From: Cystobasidiomycetes sp. EMM_F5
Lineage: Eukaryota
Assembly: GCA_051047955.1 (NCBI GenBank)
Contig: JBPGPT010000040.1
Coordinates: 1-64,000 of the forward strand
Direction of reading: 5' to 3'
DNA: 64,000 nucleotides
The translations under genes were made by a program, and so were the position numbers. The stretch's first letter is position 1, and every line of letters begins with the position of its first letter. Below the pieces are notes generated by a model. It was not told where the DNA came from. It was given only the letters and a program-made list of their open reading frames with translations, and made no database searches. Positions 51,482-62,571 of the stretch are shown piece by piece.

Positions 51482-52793
51482 TCACCAACCGAGTCTATCC
51501 AGACTCGGTCTGTCGTAAGCTGTCTGGAATGGCATGAGAGGTCCGCCGCGAGGGCTGGCGTAGGGTGAAGACGCGATAAGATTCGGTGCCGCAGCTGGTG
51601 CCAGTAGACTCGGAAGCGGTGAGCGAGTGCTTAACCACGGATCTACCTGTGACTGGCCGCCGAACGATTGCCTCCGACTTCTACGACCGCTGTCTATGCC
51701 AAACGCACTCAGAGGTGAATGCATGTTGTTCAATGATTCATGCGACGAGAAAGTGGGGGCTGGATTTGGCTCGCGGGCACTGACTCCAGCCATGAAGGCT
51801 TGCATCATATCGCGGGATGCGCCGCCGAAAGATCCGGAGACTGACGTCGACTGGAACATCATACCGCCACCTTGTGTCATACGCAGACTCTGATGTGATT
51901 TCTCGAACTTCAAATTGCCGTTCCTGCTGAGATGAGCCTGTTGATGATTGTGCTCCAAATTGAAGGGCTTCTGCTTTACTGACGATCTCGAGGGTCCATG
52001 CTCAGACGGTCCGAACAGTGGATGACGGTGGTCATCAACCAGCACGTCATTCGTTGACGTGTAGGCTGGTGGTGGAATGTCCGTTTCGCCAAAGATGCGC
52101 TGAAAGAGATACATTGGGTCTAGGTTACGCAAGTCATCGGGCCCAAATGCAGTAGGACCTCGACGAGATTCTCTCGGCTCGTTCACGAAGCTTGATCTGA
52201 AGTTGGCTGTGAAGTGAGGACGACTGCTTGATCTGCTGGCCTTCTTGTGACGGCCTTGACGGAGGGTTTCATCGTACTCTGCACGTCTTTTAGCTGAGCC
52301 CACATATCAGCAGAGAGAATCTACAAGGGTGCTACAATTGCAACTACTAACGGTCAAATAGGATGGCGAAAGCTTCTCCGACGCGCTGAAAGCGGTGTTT
52401 GGCCGACACCTGGCCGCTGCCCTCACTACGATGCCGATCTGGGTGCCAACGCAGTGCCTGTTTCTTGTATGCGCGCTTGATCTCATCTTGCGAAGCATCC
52501 TCCGAAACCTTAAGTGTTTCGTAAGCAGTGGCAGTGTCAGCAAGCGACAAGTCGGCCTGAAGAGACTCCAGCGAGGGGAGCCTTGGAGTCCCAACATGCA
52601 CGGATAGCGATGTTGACGGTGAGGCAGGAGGCAGTAATCCTAGTGTGCGCTGCACAGCGAGGTCATTGACGACGTCGTCATCGTCAGACCCAGTTTCACG
52701 ACGAGTACGCCAGCCGAGCTGCTTGGAGGTGCGGAACATTTGCTCGTCGTCTGATCCATCATCGTAGTCTCCGTAGAATGAGCGCCTCGACAT
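51482..52793 (-). CDS. J-domain (DnaJ/Hsp40-type) protein with low-complexity flanks
   Basis: AYETLKVSEDASQDEIKRAYKKQALRWHPDRH...FQRVGEAFAILFD...KRRAEYD; HPD intact. Confidence 0.85.
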
Positions 52794-53113
52794 TGTACTG
52801 CAGGCTGCGAGTGGCGTGAAAAAGAGAGCTGCGCGAAGCCATTCGTCAGTCCCGTTGAACCGCGAGTGAAAGCGTTTGTTTGGGCAGCTCGAAACATCAG
52901 ATTGCCAGAGTGGCGGTAAATGGATAGCTCATATTCATATAGGTCTTCTACAGTCGGTCATACGCCAAAGCAAAAAAGCGCATCGTTCGTTTGTGCGATG
53001 CTTCGTTGAAGGCTTCCGTATGCTGAAGTCTGCGATTTTTGAAACAAAGTCGGGCAGAACCAGCTTGGCGTCTTGCTGTGCAGGACTGTTCGATACCAAA
53101 TGCATGGCTTCTC

Positions 53114-55875
53114 ATGAGCTCCTCGTCAGCGCCAAAGAAGCGCGTTGCCGCCTGCGCAGGATGTAACCGTCTCAAGGTCAAGCTGACTGGCAATTGCAGA
53201 TTGATTGCTTCGAAAGCTGATCTGCCTTATCGCTAGATCAAATGCGTTCGGGCTTCCACGACAGATGTCTGCAGACGTTGCGATGCAGTAAGGGAAGAAT
53301 GTGTGACTCCGGCTCGTCATTTTGGTCGGACTTGGGGAAGTAAAAACAAGAAGACGCTGTTGCGACTTGCCAACGATCTAGATGCTTCAGCAGCATCAAC
53401 ATCCGGGCAACATTATCCAGTAGAAATCGAGCATGGGACAATTGAAAGCAGCGCACAACCTTATCAATCATTTCCGACACAACAAGCACAGTGGCCCTTG
53501 CCCAATAATGCTGAATCCTACATACGTGCTCCGGGTCCATCGCGTATCTCACAATATCCGCATGTGGGCGGGACGGGTTTGCAAGATTCGCTTGAACCTC
53601 TACAGATGCTCAACATTACAGTCCCTCAGTCGTCTAGTCGGTGCGTTCATTTATCGCCGGCTCTGAAACCCTGCCCTCTCATTCCATCACCTTAGAAACG
53701 ATTGTGTCAATTATGCATCCATTCTTGAAAGTTTCGACGGATGCGCCCGCCAGCTGGACCCTATTTATGGAGGTAGGCTCTTCATGCTAGTCCTATGCTA
53801 GTCCTATAGGTCAGCGAAGTGACTCTTGCTCTTTGCAGTGGAACTTGTCCGAGAAGGCTTGGAAGCGCTCTTTGCGCCTAATCTAGACGATCAATCTATC
53901 TTGAAGGAGGTGGACCGCGCAGACCTGCCGCTCTCCGATGCGGGTATATCGGAGTATGATCCACTATCCTTGGGCTTGGTCACCTGGCGGGAGGCGGAAC
54001 ACCTCTTTCGAACGTGAGCAAGTCTGGATCAATCACGAATGCAGTCAAGCGCTAACCAGGGGGCATCAAGCTTCTTTGCCGAAGTACAGCCTAGCCTTCG
54101 TATTCTTGATCCGTCATTACATTCCATCACCTTCGTCCGCTCTCGCTCTAGCTTTCTATTTTCAGTCATGTTGGAGGTGTCTCAGACGAGCGTTTCAGAT
54201 GGCACGCAAGAGAAACGCGAGACCCTGCGCAAGCATACGGACTGGCTCATATCTGAAATCCATGGAAAAGGTTGGCTCGTCATTGTCCACTACGCGTATA
54301 AGCTCTGTCCGTTGACACGAGACTCTTTTGCTTGGCAGGGTTCAAGAGTATAGAGATCTGTCAAGCTTTCCAGATCCGCTCTGCCTGGCAGATGCCGTCG
54401 TCACTGAGCGAACAACGGTATGTCGTAATTGTCTGCTGAACGAATTCGCCGTTTAATCTCAATATAGCATCTGGCAACAACTGGGATCTGCCCTGACAAT
54501 GGCAATTGAGCTGAGGTTAGAAGTTGAACACCCTTACTGTGTTTCATGCGACAGCGATTGGAAACAACTGGACAAGATACAGCAAGAACGTCGGCTCCGA
54601 AACGCACAACGGGCTTGGTTATGCCTCTTCAACAGGGATCGAGCGTAAGTGTCTACTCTCACGCTTCCGATAGAGTAACACAATCTAAAAGACGAAGACC
54701 AGTATCGCATCAATATGCGGTAGATCTGCCGTTTTGCCCGAAGGTCCCTTACTTGCGCCAGACTTTCTGCGGAGATGGTTCCGATCGCCTGTAAGTGGAC
54801 CGAGGCTTCCATGTATAGATTCTATTTGTTGAGTGTCGCCCAGTTCGCCATTCTTGATGACGTCACAACCGTCGCGGCCGTCGACTTGCGTCGTATGATA
54901 GTGAGCCTTTTCATTATGCAAAATTATGAACTGCCTGACTAGTGAAGGGGCTTGTCAGCCTAGCACACAAACCATGGTCACAGCCCAGCATGGCAGGGAT
55001 CCTCTGAACTTCGAAGCCATCAAAGCGATTGTCGATTCTGCCATCGCGAAATGGAGGCAAGATTGGCATTCTCAGATGGACGATTCTGCCTTTGCGTATT
55101 TCAACCTGACAGCAACTTTCACTCGCTTCTTCCTGATTGCTACACCATACGATATGGCTATGCGCACTAAGACACTGCCTGAAGAAGCTCGCGATCAGTG
55201 AGTCGGATGTCTGTGTACAATCAACGCCAAGTTGATCGCAATACGCTGGCTCGCAGATGCCTATTGGCGGCACTCGAAGCCTGTCAGGCAGCAGTGCAGC
55301 ATTTGTCGGCCCGAAAACGACAATATGAAGCAGCCGGGCGAAAGCAATTTGCGCCTACATTGAGGTTTGCGCTCGTGAGGGCGATTTTTACCGTGGTTTT
55401 GAAGCTGCTAATGCGTCCAGTAGATTATGTATGCGGCATCAGCATCCATCAAGCTCCTGGAAAGTTGCGAGGGTGCTAGCGCAGGCATGGGACCTGCTGC
55501 CGATCTATACCACCTTGCGATCTTGGCACAGCTCGCTAAGCAGATTCAAGCGATTGGGTCTCCAAACGCTCGTTATGCTTCCGCCGCATACACTTTCGGT
55601 GTTGTCAGTCCCCTCAGTCAAGTCTGTTGACGTCTGCTGAGTACTTGCCATTGCAGCGTCTTATGGCCCTGGCACGTCGTCTAGCTGCTGAGAAAATATC
55701 GAGCTTTGCTATCGAAGCGGCATCCAGTGAAGGCAATGAGTCGGAAGCGGATACTGGATTGGCACAATCTTCCTTCTACGATTATTTCGTCAACGACAAC
55801 TACCTCTCTGACGTACTCGTAGATTCCCTCTGGTGCGGAGCTGAATCGCCGACCCACTTCAAGTTTAATACATAG
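53114..55875 (+). CDS. Zn(II)2Cys6 transcription factor with fungal middle-homology region
   Basis: Spliced C-AG-C-NRLKIK-C-VRASTTDV-C-RR-C-DAVREE-C; DPLSLGLVTWREAEHLF, ILDPSLHSITFVRSRSSFLF, KSIEICQAF. Confidence 0.88.
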
Positions 55876-55902
55876 ATTACTCAAACCACACGCGAAAATG
55901 CC

Positions 55903-57983
55903 CTAGTGAAACCCATTCGCTTGGACCACTTTTGAGCGTTGTAATGCAGGCAGTCCCGCCTTAGCTAGATCCGCGTTCACTCTGTCCAAATGCTTGAAAA
56001 AGTCTCCCTTGAAGCGCCAGCCTTCTCGATCATCCACTACAAGAAGGCATCTCTCAGCTTTGACGCGACGACCGCCAAGACGACTCACCTTCATACTTGC
56101 CGCTGCGGTACATCGCGTAATCTGTCACCGTACATGTACGACCGATGTGGAATTGGAAGCCTTCGGACGTATGGCTATGTTAGCAGCTCGCAACGCCCCA
56201 AACGTCGCACACTTCGCTCACCCAGCATTCCTTCGCCGATGCGTTCAGCATTTCCTGCATCCTCGATTGCCCGTGTAAATTCCGCTTCGCTCACTGCGTA
56301 TTTACGTACGTCGTGTCAGCTACTTACTCCCTGGTGTGCTGTAGACGACTCACAACCGTGCGGACCGAAAGGCGGCTGATATGTTAATCCGCCCTGACTA
56401 CAATAAGAGTTGCAGTCAGCAGCGCTCCTGGCACTTCTGCTGATTTGCTTACTCCGAATGCGATATTCCGCGGGATGGCCCATAAATCAGTCCACCGATT
56501 TCAGTGAAGAGGTGCCGATGGTAATACTGGCGACCTTCGTGAGCCCGTGCTTAGTGAGCAACAGCAAGAAAATAGTACTCACGGGCGGGCGGAAGGTGTT
56601 TGTAGACACCTGCCACTTCGGAATGAAAGCGTTGAACTCAGCGACAGCTACTCCGGTCATCTTGGACTTGGCCATCAGCACGCAATAGATCGTAGGATCA
56701 ACTTGATCTTTATCGAGTACGCCCATCGTGACGAAACGGTGGATGTCGTATTTATACGGGCCTGATCCGATTCAATTGTCAGCTCGCTTCGCATCATCGT
56801 GAACCTTGTGTATGCTTGCAGTAAGTGCCGTGCCATGCGACGACATCGTAAGGGGTGTGATCTTGGTAGCAGTGGAACATATTTCCGCCCATCCTGGGAA
56901 AGTCTGTCAGGACGAATTATGCCTTTGCTGGACTTCGCGCTCACTTGTAGATGATTTCCCATGTCGATTGATCCAGATCAAATGAGGCGACAGGCGTCTC
57001 AAAGTCTCGAGGTAAAGCGAGACCATTCGTTCCTATTACGCCGAGCTCCGGCAGCTCGTACGAAACGCCATACACTTCCTGAATGTCTAAATACGTCGAG
57101 AGGTAAGCCCACAGGCTCGTGATTCGGTTATTACCCATACTTACATCCGCGAGATGTACCATCTGGTAGCCGGACAGTGAAGCGATGGCCCTTAGGAATG
57201 ACTGCGAACTCGCCGGGTTTGATCATCATGCTGCGTACGCAATTCCCGCACTGTTAGACATTTGGCGAAAGACCAAAAGCAAAGTCGTATAACCTACTGC
57301 CCAAGTTCTGTCTGTATATCCAGCCGACCCTCACACGGAAGAATCATCATTTCACCGTCAATGCTAGAGAAGGATCGTTTGTCCATATCCTTTGAGCAAG
57401 TGTAGATATGAATTGCGAGTCCTTCGTTCTCCGTGGGTTCGCCGCTACCGCAGATGCTCTTGATACCCTCGACGAAGTCAACAGGAGCTGCGGAATCCAC
57501 TTCGAAGGGTAGCCATGTGATCCGAATCGGTGTCGTGTGTACACGCGGATTTGATGGAGAATAGTTTGCTTCCACATCCGGCGTAGGTGCCATTGGCTCG
57601 AGAAGATCGTGAGCAACCGTAGGATAAATACGGTAGAGCCATACGTTTTTCGTCGTAGCCCTGGAGCCGATAAAGCCAGTACCATTGAGGGACTCGGAAA
57701 CTAAATCGTACTTTATCTTCTGCGGCGTATTTTGACCAACGGGCAGCACTCCAGGTCTAGGAGCGAGGAAAGGCTCAGCTTCCGTTGACGAGCATGCTCG
57801 CGCCGTACTCACATGGCCTCAGAAACAAAGCGATTGCCAAATCCTGGCATCTGCGGTGAATGATTACATGAGCTCATGTCCCATGCGCCAAAGATGGTCT
57901 TCAACGAACATAGCTAAGAAGTCATGAGATTAGCTTCGGACAAGCGTACGGAGCTGCTGCATTGCACACCTGTATGGGTCCAT
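55903..57983 (-). CDS. Divergent homogentisate 1,2-dioxygenase-like enzyme (start codon uncertain)
   Basis: [94 protein letters not shown] (His/Glu/His Fe ligands retained). Confidence 0.88.
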
Positions 57984-58320
57984 CTTGGTGGCCGGGCTGG
58001 CATACGGAGCACGCGCGGTGGACACGATTGTATCAGCTTGCTTTCGTAGACAGTGAGTACAGTATGGAGCTCTGCAGAGGATTTCATCTTCTTCTATCAG
58101 CGGCAACTTGCACCGGAAGTTCGGCCTCGAAATCGGTCTACAGATCCACCAGGCACGGCCAAGAGGATGTGCCGGCATACAAGCCGCCGCTGTCGGGCAA
58201 ATTCTTGTTATCGAGCCAGTCACGAGCAGTGCGGAAGATGCCAAAACATCGAGCGTAGACTATGCGTGTGCCGGCTGGGATCCAGGTATACTGTTGCGTT
58301 AGCGGAGGGTGCAGCTTGTC
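57984..58320. promoter_or_regulatory. Bidirectional promoter between the dioxygenase and the hydrolase
   Basis: Head-to-head genes about 340 bp apart; several CGG/CCG triplets and GATA-like sites. Confidence 0.55.
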
Positions 58321-59435
58321 ATGACCGTCAAAGCCTATCAGCCGCTGCACGAACAAGTCCGCAAGACGCTTGATCCGCAATACGTTGCCATCCACGACAG
58401 GTACCTCCAGTACATTCAGCCTGTCAACGAACTGCCATGGACGCCAGCACTTCGCTATCGCTCAATGGGCTTTGCCAGCCAAACGCCTCCAGCTGCCGTC
58501 GGAAGCGTGGTGGACCGGACACTGAAGTCATTTCGAATGCGAGTGTACACTCCAGCGTCTGAGAGGCCTGCGCAAGGCTGGCCAGTTCTTGTCTGGTATC
58601 ACGGAGGCGGCTGGGTGACCGGTGGTATCGAAAGCGACTCTTCATTCTGCAGTCAATTCTGCGCGACTTGCGAATCTGTGGTCGTAGCAGTCGATTATCG
58701 CTTGGCTCCAGAGAACGTCTTTCCGGCTGCTTATGACGATGCAGTTGCAGCACTGCGCTTCGTTTACGAGGATGGTCAAGCAGAACTTGGCATCAACCAA
58801 GAACAAATTGGCATTGGAGGGTTATCTGCGTGAGCCTTTCTCCGTACTACACAAATGGTATCCTATAGATTGCTGAAACATGCTTTGCATGCAGCGGTGG
58901 GGGTTTGGCTGCAAGTGCTGTGTTGGCTGCATCAGACTTGAAGATTGCTCTTCGATTCCAACTGCTCATTGTTCCAGTTCTGGACAATACCGCAACCAGC
59001 TCGCCGGGCGGACGGTGGTCGAGCAAACCGTTCGCACCGTATCTTGGTGCGGAGCGTATGCTATGGTTCCGTCAGCAGTATCTGCCTCGGCAGGCAGACT
59101 GGTCTGACTGGAGATGCAGCCCTGCTCTGGCAGACGAGGATCGATTGCGCCGTCTTTCCACAATACCTACCTGGATAGCTGTAGCAGATCACGACATCCT
59201 AGCAGAAGAGGCGACGATCTATGCAGAGGTATTACGATCAGCTGGCGTGAAGGTGCATTTGGAGACTGTACGTGGAGCTACCCACTCCATCTTGTTGCTC
59301 GACGCGTGAGTTTTAGCTGGTCTGTCTAGCTACATGAGAAGGCACTAAAATTAGGCTGCATCCTAAAGAGTGATAGATTCAGCGCGACGATTAAGGCTTG
59401 ATGCCATCTTCTGGGCTAAAAGCCTATTGTTGTAA
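58321..59435 (+). CDS. HSL-family alpha/beta hydrolase (abhydrolase_3)
   Basis: VWYHGGGWVTG, VDYRLAPENVFPAAYDD, GGLSA-GG nucleophile, DILAEE, GATH. Confidence 0.9.
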
Positions 59436-59558
59436 CGAGACGTGCGAAGCTGTTTCGCTGTGACACAAATGCAACGGAGAGCAATGTCGCAACAGTTCTG
59501 ATGGTGTAGCCTGCATTTTGATCAATGTTGGCGAATTTACAAAGAAGGCATCCGAACA

Positions 59559-61421
59559 CTAAGTCGTAGCATTACGAAGCAGCCTCTCCGCTTCTGCAGA
59601 ACGGTATCGGACCTTCGCGATTGCAAAGGTCTTGTCTGCATCAACGCGGCCTCGGAACCCTTCCTCCCTGAAAGTTGCGAGTCAGCTCTGTCTGATTATC
59701 ATGTCGCGACTGCTTACCAGACGAGTTTTGGCACACCCGGTAAGCCAGTACTGGCGTCGATAGCAGGCTCAATGTGCAACGTAGCGATGAAGGTTGCAAG
59801 TATCTGATAGATGGTGGAAGTAGCAAGATGCTGGCCGACGCACACGCGTCGTCCGAAGCCCCATTGTCCAACCGGATACGGTTCTCCTCGCAGGTAGCGG
59901 TCCGGGTCGAAGACGTCTGGGTTAGAATAGATTTTCGGATCGTGTGTCATTGCGCTGCGAAATCATGTCACAAACGGTCCCCAACACAGAATGAGCGTAT
60001 GCCTACAGTGCATTGGCGAATATCGTAGTGCCTTTCGGGACTGTCAAAAAGAGAGCAATTCAGCGGGCGGCTTAGGCATATGGATTATGGAATAATCGCA
60101 CTAAAGTAGCCGCGGAACATGTCGTCTTGCATTGACTTGTGGGGAAGGCCAAGCGGAGTAGCCGGAAACCACCGTAAAGTCTGCCCAGATCGTCAGCAAC
60201 GGAAATGTAGGTGTCCGAAGCAACGTCTTACCTCGGCTATGAGTCGCTGTAAGTACGGGAGGCTTTCTCTGTCGGCCATTTCTGGCAATCTATCACTACC
60301 GACTACGGCATCCATTTCTGCTTGAGCCTTGCGCTGAATCTCCGCATTCAGATACAAGTTTGTAATGGTGCTGATGATGGTGTTTGTCGTAGTGTCCTGA
60401 CCAGCTGAGTACATCGTGACAGCTGCGCCAGCGGCATCTTCGGTCTTCATCTGACTTTCGGGCTCATCCGCCACGACCTGCAGAAGCTGCAGTAGGAGTG
60501 ATGGCTGGGCTGTTCCAGATTTCTGCGACCACATTGAGCCATAGACACCTTACATGTCGACCTTTCTCACCATCTGTTCACGGACCCTCGCGCATGGAAC
60601 CTCGTGTATATTCTTGCAGGAAATGATGTGCTTTCGAGCCGACCTCAGCGGTGCGGAAGCCAAGAAGTTTGGCATGTATTTCAAGAATGGAGCAAAATCA
60701 AGAACAGTGACACCTCCGAAGCCTCCAACGCCGTCCAATCCTTCGCTGGCTTTGACTGCAATTTGAATGAATGGGTCATCGTCCTTTTGTATTGTCTGGC
60801 CAAACGCTGCGTTGAGAACTATGGAAGTCGCAGTCCGACGGATATTTAGACTGATATTGTTCTGTCGTTCTACGAATCTTTGAGCCAGCAATCGGGCTTC
60901 TCGCTCTTGAACGGATGCATATTGACTGATTGCGGATTTGGAAAGGAATCTTTGCAGGATCTTACGATGCGCTTGGACTAAACGGGCGTATCAGTAGGCT
61001 AACATTGCGCACATTCGTGTCACTGACATCTCTTCCCCCAGCGCATGAATGAAATAGTATGACGGAAGCCTTGGATCAACGCATAATGAAATGTAGGGCG
61101 GTCGGAGTTGTTCGCTCCTCGCTTGTCTAGCAGTTCGGTCGCCATTTCTGCATTGTTGATAACCAGGGTTGGCATTACCAGTACCCTGAAGAAGATAAGG
61201 TCGCCATATTGCTTTCCCCACACATCTTTGTAGAACCTGGCTGGAAAGATGGTAGGAGTATGACGAAGGCAGCCCAGGATAGGATCGCCTTTTGGTCCCG
61301 GCGGAAACGGCTTGTTGACGAGCGACGGTTGCACGATCCGATACACGATGTACAGAATGTACGTTGCGATGAACGCTGCCACAGCGGTTGCGGCCGGACC
61401 TAGTTCCACTTTGAAGGCCAT
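59559..61421 (-). CDS. Cytochrome P450 monooxygenase (CYP64-clan-like)
   Basis: TM anchor plus PPGPKG; ELLDKRGANNSDRP; I-helix AGQDTT; E-TLRW K-helix; FDPDRY; heme motif WGFGRRVCVG. Confidence 0.93.
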
Positions 61422-61667
61422 CTTGTACGTCTTGCTTCGCACAGAGCAGAAGAGTGGTTCATTTCAGCAGCAGGTGTGTATAGCTAGCATGCGACGCGGC
61501 TGTAGAATCTGGTTGCCGGTGCCGATGTGCCTGAAATGATAAGAGCGGCTGGGAGGTGGAGGTGGGCTGGGAATTGACCGGTGAGGTACTGGAAGCTCGA
61601 CCCAGACCGCTGTCGAGTTGAGCGCTGTCGAGATTCACTATTCGCAAAGCAAAATCTGCTATACGTA
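61422..61667. promoter_or_regulatory. Bidirectional promoter between the P450 and the amidohydrolase
   Basis: Head-to-head genes 246 bp apart; TGATAA site and CCGG elements. Confidence 0.55.
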
Positions 61668-62473
61668 ATGGCGACAAATGGACATGTCCACAAGATGGGC
61701 TGGGGCACCAATGTGGCCTTACTCATGGTAGATGTCTGTACTGCATGTCAGTTTGCTGATATCAACATACATATGTATGCGCGATGAAGACTAACCTGCT
61801 CTTCTCGACCAGACTGGGCTGATGGCTCGCCGAACGACTTAAGAGCCAATGCGGAAGCAGTCAAGGTTCCTGATGTGATGCGTCGACTTCTATCAGCAGC
61901 AAGGAAAGGCCGTGTGCCGGTCATTTGGACGGCTGTAAAATTTACTCATCCGGACATGTTGGACGCTGGCATCTTCTACTTGAAACATCCGCACTTGTCC
62001 ATATGGCAAGCCGGCGACAAGCGTGGGTACGACCAATGGATGCCAGGACTAGAGCCAGAGCCGGAGGATCTCGTCATCTACAAGCAATATCCCAGTCCAT
62101 TCTTCGGCACCACTCTTGCTACGTCGTTGCGACACATGGGTGTGGATACGTTAGTGCTCTGTGGAGTTTCGACGAGCGGTTGTGTGCGAGCTGCGGTGGG
62201 GCACGAACAGATAACATCGAAGACAATACTGAAGCTGTCGCTCATTCTTTTAGACATTGGATGCAATGTGCCATGGCTTCAGACCAATGGTGAGCAGGGT
62301 TGGAGCAGAGTCCCAGGCTGAGCTGATAGAACGGCCAGGTTTGCCGACCAGCATGCGGTGACAAGTCTCAGGAGGTTCAGGAAGCGAATCTGTACGATAT
62401 GAACCGTAAATATTGTGATGTGATAACAGAGCTCGACGCAATCGAGCATCTGCAGAAACCTTGGAGCCGATGA
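61668..62473 (+). CDS. Isochorismatase-family cysteine amidohydrolase (NicF / N-carbamoylsarcosine amidase-like)
   Basis: GWGTNVALLMVD (catalytic Asp), KQYPSPFFGT (Lys), CGVSTSGCVRA (Cys), LDAMCHGFRP, ACGDKSQEVQEANLYDMNRKYCDV. Confidence 0.9.
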
Positions 62474-62571
62474 AGCTTTGTCCCTTAAGTATCCGTTCAA
62501 GTTGTCGTAAACAACATCCTCTCTCCACGCCTGAATTCGTGCCGTGATACTGCTGCTTTTTGGATCTGAAT

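Noticed and set aside
55903..57983. Calling the dioxygenase the canonical tyrosine-pathway hmgA
   Set aside because: Second-sphere residues differ and no fahA, maiA or hppD is adjacent within the window; gene symbol withheld
58272..61554. Shared 9-mer CGGCTGGGA in both divergent cluster promoters (58272, 61546)
   Set aside because: About 0.6 shared 9-mers are expected by chance between regions of this size, and it also occurs inside the PRE8 CDS
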